A stretch of 64,000 nucleotides of DNA from Dictyostelium discoideum (lineage: Eukaryota): the NCBI GenBank assembly GCA_000004695.1, contig CM000151.3, positions 2,848,001-2,912,000 of the forward strand, given 5' to 3'. The notes under the pieces were generated by a model. That model made no database searches. It worked only from the letters and a program-made list of their open reading frames with translations, and had not been told where the DNA came from. Positions 26,426 through 39,232 of this stretch are shown piece after piece. How positions within the stretch are numbered: position 1 is the first letter of the stretch; the number at the start of each line of letters is the position of its first letter. The position numbers were made by a program, and so were the translations under genes.

Positions 26426-27405
26426 TTATTTTTTATTTTTATCCTCCAATAAAGATTTAGTTAATTTTTTTAAAGTTTCAACTTCATTTGGAGTTGATAA
26501 ACCAGATGATTTCCAACGAATTTTACCATCAACAACTAAAAATATATATGATGAATATGGATTTGTAACACCAAAATCTTCAAAAATTGTATTTGATTCT
26601 GAAAAAAAAAAAAAAAAAAAAAAAGATTAGTATTATATAAATTTAAAATAATAATAATAATAATTAATAAAAATAATAATAATTTACTTTTAATTGCCAT
26701 TGGTAAATTATACCAAGATTCTGTAAGATCATTATTCTTTCCTTTACGAGTACTTTTTAAAAGGGGTGATAAAATTTGATAACCTAATTGTGAAACCAAA
26801 AATATACTATGAATATCCAATTGTGGGAATTCCTTTTTAAATGGTTCAGACCAACTTTTTATAAATTTATCAGCATGAAATGGTTTAACTGAAACGATTA
26901 ATAATGATGGATCATTATTATCTTTATTTAAACAATTTGGAAATTCCAATTTATTACCATCCAAATCTTTTGTTTTAATTTGTGGTACAACTTCTGCTTG
27001 TGATTCATTAATTAAATTTGGTGATCCAACAAAAACTTTCATTGTTGGATTTTTCATAAATTCTTTAACATCCCATAAAACACCATCTTCTAATTCTTTT
27101 TTACTTTTTTTTTTTTAAATTTATTTTTTTTTTTTTTTTTTAAAAAAAAACTAACTATTAATATTAATTCAAAAATAATAATTAATAATAATAATTAATT
27201 ATAATAATTACACTCTTCTTTTTTGTTGAGTATCTGCATTTTCTTTATAATATTTAAATGGATTTAAAAAATTTTTCCAAGACGACATATTCCTAATTTG
27301 TTGTTGTTGTTGAAAAATAACATTTTTAGTAGTATTATTTAGTAAACTTTTAGAAACAATTCCATTTAAGGATTTACATGAATTAATTAATCTATTAGTA
27401 ATCAT
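26426..27405 (-). CDS. Mitochondrially targeted thioredoxin-fold protein, possibly ATP10-family (about 260 aa); 3 exons (27212..27405; 26688..27103; 26426..26598)
   Basis: Exon 1 is MITNRLINSCKSLNGIVSKSLLNNTTK.., a presequence-like region. The donor is GTAATT after 27212 (phase 2) and the acceptor aag at 27104-27105. Exon 2 reads KKELEDGVLWDVKEFMKNPTMKVFVGSPNL..SWSEPFKKEFPQLDIHSIFLVSQLGYQ..LPMAIK and ends in phase 1 at a GTAAAT donor after 26688. Exon 3 follows a tttcag acceptor (AG at 26599-26600) and reads SNTIFEDFGVTNPYSSYIFLVVDGKIRWKSSGLSTPNEVETLKKL... The exon lengths 194+416+173 sum to a multiple of 3. The ATP10 assignment rests on motif memory only. Confidence 0.5.
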
Positions 27406-27743
27406 TTTAGTTTTGATCAAAAGAATAAAATAAAAAAAAAAATAAAAATTAAAAAAAAAATAAAAAAAATAAAAATTAAGAAAAAATGAAAAAAAGTGAA
27501 AAAACGAATTTTGAAAATAATTATTTTAAAATTAGATGTTTTTTTTTTTTTTTTATTATTATTCATTTAAAAATCAACTTAATAATTTTGAAAGATGATA
27601 TTAGTTATTTTGTTTTGTTTTTTTTTTTTGTTTTGTTTTGTTTTGTTTGTTTTGTTTTTTTAATCTATACAAATATTGATTGTACAATTTTAATTTACTA
27701 GTTGAAATATTAATTTACTAGTAATTTTAAAATTGATGACATG

Positions 27744-27777
<34 letters not shown>

Positions 27778-27788
27778 TTAATTATTAT

Positions 27789-29262
27789 TTAAATATTAAT
27801 TGAATTACTATTATAATTTGAACTAAATTCATATTGACCATTTTGATTTATATTTGGTTCAGAATTTTCAGAATCAGAATAATCTGAACTTTCAAAGAAT
27901 TCAATAAGTTCGAAAGCTTTCTTGTAAACATCTTTTGATTGATGCTCTTGAAGATCATAAATGATGGATTCACCTTGCATTTCAGAGATCAAGTTAACGT
28001 ATGGATTAACACCAGTTTTAGTTTTAGTTTTTTCACCTTCTTTAATGATATTGATTAAACCTTCCAAGACGATTTTAAGGATAACTAAATCTTGAGAGTT
28101 TAATAAATCGATAAAATGTTTCAAGATATTGTGACGAACCAAGGTTTGAATTGATTTAGTTGATGAATTATTGGTAGAGTTTGATAAAGCCCAACATGCT
28201 TCACGTTTAATGTCATGTTCACTGTGGGAGAGAAGACTGATCAAGGTTGTCACTGTCTTTGGATTTGATACGACAACATCGATTTGTGATGGTTCACCAG
28301 CGGTGATATTTGATAATGCCCAACATGATTCTTTACGAATGGATTTCTTTTGAACGGCCAAGAGACGAGTGATCAATTCAACACCATTATTATCGATGAC
28401 TATTTGAGTTTGGCTAGATTCACCAGTGACAATATTACCAACGGCACGTAATGCTGGTGTGAAAACGATACTATCTGGATATTCCAATAGTTTGACCAAT
28501 CTTGGTACGACACCACTATCGATGACGGCTTGAATCTTTGTATTTGGACCATCACAGAGGTAAGATAATGCCCAACATAAATCACCATAGATTTCACTTG
28601 GAAGATTTTCAATTCTGATCAACTCGTTGATTGCTGGTAAACATTGACTAACCACAGAGAAATCTGGTTGTGGTTTACCACGACACAAATTTGAAATTGT
28701 CCAGACAACATTTTGAATTAGACCAATTTTACGCTCGGAATTGGCTGAGGTGGTGGTGGCACCATTATCTTCACCATAGTGTAGCAATGGAATTAAAGCA
28801 TTCATTGCACCATATTTCAAGAGATAGTTTCTTGAATCAACTGTATCACCTGCAATATTACCCAATGCCCAAGCACATTGTTCCTTAACTTCATCGGTAG
28901 TTTCTGCACATAATAACTGAATAAAGATTGGTACGGAACCACTTTCCATCACAGTTTGAGTTTGTCTATTATTACCAGATGCAATATTGGTCAATGCCCA
29001 TGCTGATTCAAATTGTACCTTTGGATTATTACATTGTAAGAGTTGATTCAATTTTGGTATAATACCACATTCAATAACTTGATCAATTGGTGGATAAGCA
29101 TGAATTGATAATAACTTTCTAAATTGTACTAATGATGAATAAACATATGCTTGATCGTTTGAATTTAATGCTGTAACTAATCCTGGTAAATTTTTAATCT
29201 ATTAAAAAAAAAAAAAAATAAAAAATAAAAAATAAAAAAAAAAATCGAGAAATTAATATGTG

Positions 29263-29344
<82 letters not shown>

Positions 29345-29605
29345 GATTCTATTATGATTTACCTTATTTTCCATAGTTTCATTTTCATATTTTTGGAATT
29401 GTTCTTGAACTTCTGGTGGAACGATAATTTGATAAGAAGTTGAAGGATTTGGTTGAACGATACCACGTCTCTTTAACATTAACTCTTCTCTAGCATTTTT
29501 TCTAATACCAATTGAGTTTTCTTCTCTCTTTCTTCTTGCTGTTTCACTATCGAGTGATTTTTTAAATTCTTTCTTTCTACTATCTTGTTTATCTCTTGAT
29601 GACAT
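27789..29605 (-). CDS. Importin (karyopherin) alpha, about 550 aa; 2 exons (29363..29605 IBB domain; 27789..29198 ARM repeats)
   Basis: Exon 1 encodes MSSRDKQDSRKKEFKKSLDSETARRKREENSIGIRKNAREELMLKRR (IBB) and ends AAT AAG at a GTAAAT donor. The 164-bp intron carries a long poly-T run. An acceptor taatag at 29199-29200 opens exon 2 with IKNLPGLVTALNSNDQAYVYSSLVQFRKLLSIHAYPPIDQVIECGIIPKL, compare importin-alpha ATTQFRKLLSIERNPPIDEVI. It continues into the ARM-repeat ORF (..ESAWALTNIASG.., ..EQCAWALGNIAGD..). Confidence 0.9.
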
Positions 29606-29817
29606 TTTTTTTATTTTTTTTTTTTTTTATTAATTTATATATCTATTGTTTATAAGTAATGTGCAATTGGAATAAAGGAAAATTAGGTATGAAGTGTAAA
29701 TAAAATAAAAAAAAATAAATAAAAAATAAAAAATAAAAAATAAAAAATAAAAAATAAAGTAAAGTTATGGTAAGACTAATTAGTTTATTGAAATGTTTAT
29801 TTAAATTTGGTAGTGTT

Positions 29818-29851
<34 letters not shown>

Positions 29852-30299
29852 TAGACCATATTCCAAAACTAAACTATATAGATTATCACTTACTGTTTAA
29901 ATTATTTGTGTTTTTATTTATTTATTTTTTTTTGTTATGTTTGTTTGTGAACTATGAAAAAAAAAAAAATTTTGAAATAAAAAGAAAAAACTTTTTTTTT
30001 TTTTTTTGGCCCATTTAAATAAAAAAAATTTTAAAATCAATTCCGTTATTTAGCGCACTTTTTTGTTGTTGGAGGTGGTTTAAATTCAAATTTCAAAAAA
30101 AAATTTCTAATAATTATTTTTTTTCACTGTTTAACAGCAAATTTATTTTATTTTTTAATTTATTTTAATTTTTTTAAATTGTGCATATTAAAAAAAAAAA
30201 AAAACAATACCAAACATTTATTTGATATTTTGATACTGTTTTATTTGCTATTGTTTTTTTTTTTTTTTTGTCTTAAATAAATATTATTATTGAAATTAT

Positions 30300-30322
30300 T
30301 TGATATTGTTTTTATAAACAAA

Positions 30323-30365
<43 letters not shown>

Positions 30366-30520
30366 ATATATAGATAAACAAACAACAAATAGATAAAAAA
30401 ATAAAATATAATAAAATAAAAAAAATAAATAAATAAATAAAATAAAATAAAATAAAATAAAATAAAATAAAATAAAATAAAATAAAATAAAATAAAATAA
30501 AATAAAATAAAATAAAATAA
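30300..30520. repeat. AT satellite: (AAATA/ATAAA)n blocks
   Basis: Block (aaat)n at 30300-30365 and (aaaat)n at 30437-30520. Confidence 0.9.
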
Positions 30521-30584
30521 AGCAATAACTAATATTTTTTTATAATTTTAGAATCATCAAAAATATTTACAGTTGATTTGATGG

Positions 30585-30744
30585 AAGGGAAAATATTGGA
30601 GTTCAGCAACCAACCAAACGGAACAATTAGTAAAACGTGCAGTATCAAGAATGTTTTTGGGTTGAGGAGAATAAACTACAACAAATTTTTTTTTTAAAGA
30701 AAATATACTTACATGAAAAAATGAATATTTGAATTATTTAATTG

Positions 30745-30803
<59 letters not shown>

Positions 30804-31020
30804 AGTATAAATTAAAATTAATTAATTACATTTATAAAAAAAATAAATAAACATTTTCTTTGTTTGTTTGATTTAAAATTTAACCTAAAATTTTAGGATG
30901 ATCCAGAGGAATTAAAGGTGTATTTGATGGATGGAAAATGTTGGAATTCAGCAACCGATCAAATGTTACAATTAGCATACCAATTAAAGAATGTTTTGGT
31001 TTGAATAGAATAAATTACAA
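30585..31020 (+). other. Tandem duplicated GC-richer element, about 130 bp each (30585-30705 and 30925-31025)
   Basis: The two copies share the TGATGGAAGGGAAAATATTGGAGTTCAGCAACC core. Copy 2 reads TGATGGATGGAAAATGTTGGAATTCAGCAACC at the same position. After it come AATTAG-A-A-C, AAGAATGTTTTTGG, GTTGA, AGAATAAA and TACAAC, and then a T run. A one-base indel breaks any common reading frame, so conservation is at the nucleotide level and argues against coding. Confidence 0.35.
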
Positions 31021-31173
31021 CTTTTTTTTTTTTAAAAAAAATGTATATATATAAACATATAAAAAAAATATCTAAATAATTAAAAAAAAAAAAACTGATT
31101 ATATTAAAATTATAAAAAAAAAAAAAGGAAAAAAATAAACATTTTCTTTATTTGTTTTAATTTAAATTTTGCA

Positions 31174-31244
31174 CTAAAATTTTCTTTTTTTAAATGGACC
31201 AGTATCTTCACGAGGATCATCATTTTTATTTCTATTTGTTTCTA

Positions 31245-31278
<34 letters not shown>

Positions 31279-32682
31279 ATTATTATTAAAATTATTATCT
31301 TCATCATCTCCATCAAAAATTAATTCACCATCGTCATATTCAGAGGTATCATATGATTCATCTTCATACTCTTCATCATCAAATGAATGATTTTGAAATG
31401 TAGTTGAAGTTGAGGTGGTTGTAGATGAAGATATGTTATTATTATTATTATTATTGATGTTGTTTTTATTAATAATATTATTAATATTATATTTACTGTT
31501 ATCACTATTATTATTTCCATCACTATTTCCATTATTATTATTATTATTACTATTATTATTGCTATTATTATTATTATTGCTATTATTATTATTGCTATTA
31601 TTATTGTTATTATTATTATTGATATTAATATTAATATTATTTTTATTATTATTATTATTATTATTATTAATATCATGATTTCTATTTGATTGTCTTCTTT
31701 GTTGTGGACTTGTTACTTTTTTATCTTTTTTTCTACTTTTTGTAATTCTTTTATCAGATTCAAATAAATTCTTTTTAAATTGATAAAAAAAAGTTAAATC
31801 GTCATTATCTAAATCTTTCTTTTGAATATGAACATTTGTTAACCATTGTAAATTTTTAAAATCGATTTCAATGAAACGTTGATCCAACCGATAATTACCA
31901 GTAATTCCCCATAACCCATATAATCTACCAAAATATTTATCAATTGTCATCCTATGTGATTCAAATTCTTTTAAATTATCATTTATATTTATTATTCTCA
32001 TTTCATCAATACACTTTGAATTTGTATTTGTAGTTGTAGTAGTTGTCATTGTGGCCGTCGTTGCCGTCATCATGGTCGTCGTCATTGTATATTCCTGTAT
32101 ATTACTACTACTACTACTATTACTATTATTATAATTTTGTGAATTTAATGGTGGTGTAGTTGTTGCACTAGATGGTAAACTATTATTATTACAATAATTA
32201 CTTTGATTGTTATTATTTTGATTATTTTGACTATTTTGATTATTTTGATTATTTTGATTATTTTGATTTTGATTTTGATTAACTATTTGAACCATACCAT
32301 TAACATTTTTATAATAATTTGAATAAGGTAATGAGGAACCTGTTTGAGGATCGAATAAAGTTAAAATTGCCCATGATTTAAATTTACCAGTTTGATCAAT
32401 TTCTGAAGGTGTATCTTGTTTTTGAAGATAGTTTAATAGATTATGTTTTTGTTGATTAAATATGGTTAGATCAGGTGTTGAACCAAGATAAGGTGCAGAA
32501 ACAAAAATTGAATAATGTGGTGAACTGAATTGAACTGCAACCATAAATTTAATGCCATATATGTTATTAATTGGATCAAAGTATTCCTTTTTCTTTGAAT
32601 CTGCTATTGTAGTTTTAATAGTGATACAATCAACTATTAAACCAATATGATATGGATTCTTTTGAATTTTAAAATTATTTTG

Positions 32683-32724
<42 letters not shown>

Positions 32725-32733
32725 ATTATTTGA

Positions 32734-32775
<42 letters not shown>

Positions 32776-33195
32776 ACCATTAACTGATGGTCTAAATATA
32801 TCAAATGGTAAATCTCTTTTTGAAAGTTGATCAATTACAATACGTATCTTTTGTACAACCCGACTAATTGTAACTTGAGTAACGTTAAACATTTTACTAA
32901 TGTGTGTTGTGCTTGATCCTGCTTTACTAAATGCTAAATATAATAATAATTTATCGAAATTATTGAATTTATTCTTTTTGAAATCACTAAAATAATGTTT
33001 ACAAACTTCACATAATACCAAAATTTCCCTCTCTGTAAAATTTATAATTTCATTAAAACTATTCTCTTGTTTTAATTTTTTAAATATATTTGAATATTCT
33101 TCAATATTTAATTCTGAATCTTCACAATTATTATTATTTTGATTATTTTGATTATTTTGATTATCATCACTATAATATTCATCATCTTCTGAAAA

Positions 33196-33264
<69 letters not shown>

Positions 33265-33402
33265 ATTATTATTATTGTTATTATTATTATTATTATTATT
33301 ATTAAATGATGATTTTGAATTTAATGTTGGTGAAGTTGATAAAGGTGTTGTTGATGCTTTTCCTTCAATATATTGTTTCTTTTTATCTAAATATTCAACC
33401 AA
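31174..33402 (-). CDS. N-rich low-complexity protein containing a Harbinger (PIF/HARBI1-type) transposase-derived HTH plus DDE_Tnp_4 nuclease core
   Basis: The N-terminal HTH LLLYLAFSKAGSSTTHISKMFNVTQVTISRVVQKI matches HARBI1 LLVALRFLASGSFQ..GISQPTVSR. HIGLIVDCITIK matches (V)IGAIDGTHIPI, the first Asp. YFDPINNIYGIKFMVAVQ...YLGSTPDLTIFNQ matches YVNRKGFHSINVQ..WPGSxHDSRIF, the second Asp. MTIDKYFGRLYGLWGI matches RNVIERTFGLLKARF. The third acidic residue is D where E is expected. The domains are interrupted by long (AAT)n-encoded poly-N tracts, with no flanking TIRs or TSD. The 5' end is unclear: the first in-frame codon is TTG, and an ATG-initiated poly-N ORF (33453..33647) lies just upstream in another frame. 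Confidence 0.62.
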
Positions 33403-33533
33403 TTCTCCAATATTTTTGGCAATATCGGGTTTACTAAATTGAGTTTGTGTTTTTATTGGTTGATACTTTGAGGGTTTACTATTTGGTTTTGGATCTTGGG
33501 TGTTTTATATCCATTATAATTGTCTTTATTGGA

Positions 33534-33623
<90 letters not shown>

Positions 33624-33802
33624 AGTACTATTAATATTATTATTCATATTTTTTAAATTATTACTATTATTGCTATAGTAATATTTTAATTTTTAAATTG
33701 TAAATCTATTTTTTTTATTTTAAATTTATATATAAAATATATAAATTATTATTATTTGGTTATTGTTTGTTTTTTTTATTTTTTTGGTTTTGGTTTTTTT
33801 CA

Positions 33803-33833
<31 letters not shown>

Positions 33834-34032
33834 CTGTTATATCTATTTTTTTTTATATCAATTTTTTTTTTTTAATTTTTTTTTTTTTTAATTTTTTAAA
33901 TCTTTTTTTTTTTTTTAAAAAAATTTTTTTTTTTGTCTGTAATGGACAAAAAAAAAAAAGAAAAAAAGTTGTGAAAATAGTCTTAAAAACTTTGTTGGTG
34001 CCGACAGTGAATAGTTTGAATTATTAAAATAC

Positions 34033-34092
<60 letters not shown>

Positions 34093-35009
34093 TTTAGTTT
34101 ATTATTATTATTTATTATTATTATTATTATTATTTTACTATTTTTATTATTATTATCATATAGATTTTTATTATTATTTTTATTTTTATTATTATTTTAA
34201 TTATTATTTTTATTTTTATTATTATTATTATTTAATTTAAATTACAAAAAGATAAAGGTAAAAAAAAAAATGCATGTGTGAAATTTTTGTTGGAAAAAAG
34301 TTTATTTACTTTTTTTAAAAGAAAAAAAAGTAAAAAACAATAATACAACAAGATTAAAATGAGTTTGTTTGGAGTGGTATGACAATGCTGTTGTTGGAAA
34401 TGCATTAAACAAAAAAAAAAAATTAAAAAATTAAAAAAAAAAATAAAAAATTTGAATTTTTTCGATTAAAAAAATTTTTTTTTATTTTTTTCAATTTTAT
34501 AATCAAAATGGAGTCGTTTTGAAAAAAAAATTGTTTAGAAAGGTAATGGGAGCAGAAAAAAAAAAAAAAATGTTAAAAATAGAAATTAATTTTGAAGTTT
34601 TCAAAAAATTAAAAAAAAAAATAAAAAAAATAAAAAAAAAAATAAATAAAAAATAAAAATAATAATGATAATTAATAAAAAAAAAAGAAATAAAATTAAA
34701 CAAATAAATTTTTTTAAAAAAAAAAAAAATAAAAAAAAAATAGTAAAAATAAAAAAAAAAAAAAAAAAAGAAAAAAAATTATTGTGTAAAATGGTTTTAA
34801 AAAATATCTTGGTTTTACAAAAAAACCCTGCACAAAAATAAATAAAAAAAAAAAAAAAATAAAAAAAAAAAAGACAAGTCTGCCATGATTTCTCAATTCC
34901 AAATTTTTTTTTTTTTTTTATTATCATTTTTATTTTTTTTTAATTTTTTTTTTCTTCCCACTTGTCCATCAAATTTTAAATATCTTGAAAGATGGGGCAA
35001 TTCTATTTT

Positions 35010-35067
<58 letters not shown>

Positions 35068-35210
35068 AAAATCAAAAACACATTTTTCCCATTTTTCCAA
35101 AAATTTTTTTTGATCAAAAAAAAAATAAAAAAAAAATAAAAAAAAAAATAAAAATTAATTTTATTTTTTTTTTTTTCAAAAATAAAATAAAATAAAAAAT
35201 AATAAAATAA

Positions 35211-35823
35211 ATGTTTAAATCTTTTGATGGATTAAAATTATCGAATTCAGAGTTAGAGGGAAGGTATATTATAGCAAATAGAGATATTGACATTGGAGAG
35301 AGTATATTAAAATGTAAATCATATTTTGCAGTTACATGTGAAGATTTTAAAAAGAATAGTTGTTACAATTGTATAAAGTTAATTAAATCACCATCACCTC
35401 AACAAGTACCAAGATGTTTTGGATGTAATGAAGTTTGGTATTGTAGTGAAAAATGTAAACAAGATAATCAAGCAAAACATCAACATTATGAATGTGCATT
35501 TTTCAACAATATAAAATCACCAAAATTAATTCAAAATTCAAAACTCGATTTCGATTCATACTCTGAAATCAGAATAATACTTGGTTTACTCTCAAGATAT
35601 TATCAAGATAAATTATTAAATAATAAATTCAATTCATCAATAATAATAAATAATCAACAAGATGATGAAGAAGATTTTATAAAAGATACATTGGATGGTG
35701 TATTAGATTTAGTAGAAAATGATATAAATGAAGAAACAAATAGTGTAGCAAAAGAATATATTGATAATATTATTGAATATATTATAAATATATTAAAATT
35801 AACAATAAATAATAATAGTAATG

Positions 35824-35913
<90 letters not shown>

Positions 35914-36452
35914 TTGAAGAATTAATTAAATTAATTAGACCATTAATTCAAAAAGTTAGATGTAATCAATTTGGAATTTGGACAAAGAATGATAAATGTA
36001 TTGGTATGGCAGTATCACCAAGTAGTAGTTATTTTAATCATTCATGTATACCAAATTGTGAATCGGTTAGAGATGGTAGTGATATGACATTTAAATCATT
36101 ATTTCCAATTAAAAAAGGTGACCAAATTAATATCTCTTATTTGGCATTAGATAAATCAACTAAAAGACGTAGAGATTATTTGAAATTTGGTTACTACTTT
36201 CATTGTCAATGTCCAAGATGTAATTCAACAGATATTGATCCAACTGGTAAATTAGAGGATTCATTAGATAATTGGATTTCAAAATTTTATTGCCATCAAA
36301 AGAAATGTACAGGTTTATATTATTCAAAATTAAAATTATCACTACAATCATTAACCAACATTGATAATCATGAAATTCAATTATCATGTTCAACTTGTAA
36401 TGATCAATTAATTGTTAATTCAAATTTTTATTTAAATAAACCAAATTATTAA
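35211..36452 (+). CDS. SET and MYND domain (SMYD-like) protein, 413 aa
   Basis: MYND zinc finger CYNCIKL..CFGCNEVWYCSEKCKQDNQAKHQHYEC. The split SET domain ends ..RCNQFGIWTKNDKCIGMAVSPSSSYFNHSCIPNCESV..ISY, followed by a post-SET Cys cluster (FHCQCPRC). A poly-N insert lies inside the SET-I region. A tandem paralog follows. Confidence 0.8.
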
Positions 36453-36697
36453 ATAAAAAAAAAAAAAAATAAAAAATAAAAAAACATATTTTCTCACATA
36501 AAATTTAAATCCCGATTTCATGCCACTTTTTTTTTCACATTTTTATTTTTATTTTCACATTTTTTTTTTTTTTTTATTTTTATTTTTTTTTATTTTTATT
36601 TTTTTTTATTTTTATTTTTTTTTTTCTAAAACACAGTTTTGTGGTTTTTACTGATCGAAAAAAAAAAAAATTAAAAAATTAATAAATTAATTATTAA

Positions 36698-37858
36698 ATG
36701 TTTAAATCTTTTAATGGATTAGAATTAAAAAGTTCAGAGAATGAAGGTCGTTATTTAATAGCAACTCGTGATATTCAAATTGGAGAAGATTTATTAAAAT
36801 GTAAATCATATTTTGCAGTTACATCAGAAACTTTAAAAACAACATCATGTTTTAATTGTATTAAACAATTACCATCAGTTATTAAATTATCATTAAAATG
36901 TAATCAATGTAATGAAATTTGGTATTGTAATGAACAATGTAAAAATGAAAATATTAATAAACATCAACATTATGAATGTAAATTTTATAAAAAATTAAAA
37001 TCACCAAAATTAAAAGTTTATCCAAATTTTGATATTGAAACATTTACAGAAATTAGAATGATCGTTGGTTTGTTATCAAGATATTATCAAGATATTTTAT
37101 TAAATAATAAATTTATTGAACAACAATTAAATAACAACAATAATAATAATAATGATAATGAACAATTAACAAATACATTAGATGATGTTTTTGATTTAGT
37201 AGAAAATCAAGTTACAGAAGAATCAAATCCAGCAGCAAAAGAAAGAATTGATTCAATCGTTGAATTTATAAGTGAATTGTTTAATTTAGTATTATTAGGG
37301 TCAACAACAACAAAATCAATAATTAATAATGATGATAAAATTGAAATGATTAGGAAAATTAATGAAAAAAGTAGATCAATTATACATAAAACTAGATGTA
37401 ATCAATTTGGAATTTGGACAAAGAATGATAAGTGTATTGGTGTTGCAGTATCACCAAGTAGTAGTTATTTTAATCATTCTTGTATACCAAATTGTACAGA
37501 TGTTAGAGATGGTAGTAATATGACATTTAAATCATTATATCCAATTAAAAAGGGTGACCAATTGACAATATCTTATATTGAATTAGATCAACCAATACAA
37601 GATAGAAAAGATGAATTAAAGTATGGTTATTACTTTGATTGTATTTGTCCAAGATGTAATGGTGATTCAAATTCAATTGATTCAATGGATAATTGGATTT
37701 CAAAGTTTTATTGTTCTCAAAAGAAATGTACAGGTTTATATTATTCAAAACCAATGATACCAATTTTAAATACATTAACTTCAAATCATGAAATTCAATT
37801 ATCTTGTTCAAATTGTAATAATATTAATATAGTTACACCTTCTTTTTTTAATAAATAA
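36698..37858 (+). CDS. SET and MYND domain (SMYD-like) protein, 386 aa, tandem paralog of 35211..36452
   Basis: Same architecture and collinear with its neighbour: MFKSFNGLELKSSENEGRYLIATRDIQIGE..; MYND CFNCIKQ..CNQCNEIWYCNEQCKNENINKHQHYEC; NHSCIPNCTDV; post-SET CICPRCN. Confidence 0.8.
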   Translation: MFKSFNGLELKSSENEGRYLIATRDIQIGEDLLKCKSYFAVTSETLKTTSCFNCIKQLPSVIKLSLKCNQCNEIWYCNEQCKNENINKHQHYECKFYKKLKSPKLKVYPNFDIETFTEIRMIVGLLSRYYQDILLNNKFIEQQLNNNNNNNNDNEQLTNTLDDVFDLVENQVTEESNPAAKERIDSIVEFISELFNLVLLGSTTTKSIINNDDKIEMIRKINEKSRSIIHKTRCNQFGIWTKNDKCIGVAVSPSSSYFNHSCIPNCTDVRDGSNMTFKSLYPIKKGDQLTISYIELDQPIQDRKDELKYGYYFDCICPRCNGDSNSIDSMDNWISKFYCSQKKCTGLYYSKPMIPILNTLTSNHEIQLSCSNCNNINIVTPSFFNK

Positions 37859-38385
37859 ATAAATAATTATTTTAATTTTCACTCTTTTTTTAAATTTTAT
37901 TATTATTATTAAGCTTGTTATAATTTATTTATTTATTCTTTTTAGGAAAAAAAAAAAAAAAAAAAAAAAAATAGTTTCTATTTGTTTTAAAATTAAAAGA
38001 TGAAAAGAATATATTAAACATTAATACTTTTCCATTTTATATAAAAATGGAAATTTTTTTTTTAATTAACACTCTTTTCAATTTTAATATATCAAACAAA
38101 TGAGTAAATAATTGAGGTATCATTTAATTTAAAAAAAAAAAAACAAGTAAATTGTTTGGAGATATTATAAAAAAAAAAGATTAAATAATAATAATTTTTA
38201 AAATCTTTAATATTTTTAAAAAATTTATTAATTTATTTTTATTTAATGTAAAATAACAATAAATTTTTTTTTTTAAAAATTTTTAAATATTTATTATGTT
38301 TGTTATAAATATTTTATGTTTCATTATTATTTTTTTTTATTTTTTATTTTAAATTTTTATTTTTTATTTTTTTTTTTTATTATTA

Positions 38386-38678
38386 CTAATTTTCTAATTG
38401 TACATCACAATTATCTCTACATTTTTGCATTAGTACAACGCATTTTGACCATTCAGTTTTACAAAATTCTCTATTATCATCAACACAATCACTATAACAA
38501 TCACCATTTATTCCATTTGATGATATTATCATTAAATAAACCACTAAAAAAATACAAAAAAAGAGAGTTAATTTCTAAAAGATTAAAATTTGTTTTTTAA
38601 AAAAAAAATATTTTATTGTTAATAAAAAATATGTATAAATAAATAAAAAAATTGTTAAAAAAAATTTTATTTTACCAT
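38386..38678 (-). CDS. Small secreted six-Cys peptide (63 aa); proposed ATG-only first exon (38676..38678), exon 2 38386..38574
   Basis: Exon 2 encodes KLTLFFCIFLVVYLMIISSNGINGDCYSDCVDDNREFCKTEWSKCVVLMQKCRDNCDVQLEN, preceded by an acceptor cttttag at 38575-38576. There is no in-frame Met before the hydrophobic leader. About 100 bp upstream is ATG|GTAAAA, a start codon immediately followed by a donor. That gives MKLTLFF.., a clean signal peptide. The Cys spacing (C-x3-C-x7-C-x6-C-x6-C-x3-C) matches the intronless paralog at 39233..39424. Confidence 0.45.
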
Positions 38679-39020
38679 TATTCTATTTTTATTTTGTTTC
38701 AATAATTAGATTTTATAAATTAAAAAAAAAAAAAAAAAAAAAAAAGTTAAAACCCTTGTCAAATTTAAAAATCTTTTTTTAAATTTTTGTTTTTATTTTA
38801 AAATAAAAAAAAAAAAAAAAAAATATTAAAAAACAAAAAAAAAAAAAAAAATAATAGTAATTAATGGGTGGTATTAATAAAGTTTTTTTCATATAATTTC
38901 ATTAATATTTATACCAAAAACACCCACAAAAAAGGAGATCTTATTAATTATTACCATTTTTTGAAATTATATACATAATTACCCCCAACAAAAAAAAAAA
39001 AAAAATAATTATTTCTTTTT

Positions 39021-39056
<36 letters not shown>

Positions 39057-39232
39057 CTTTTTTATTTATTTTTAAATTTGATTAAAAAAAAAAAAAAACA
39101 TATTATTACATAAAAAATTTAATTATTATTTTTTTAAATTTATATTTATTTTTAATTCATTGATATGTTTTAAAATTTTCATTTATTATTATAATTATTA
39201 TAATTGATATTATTATTATTTTTAAAATTTAT

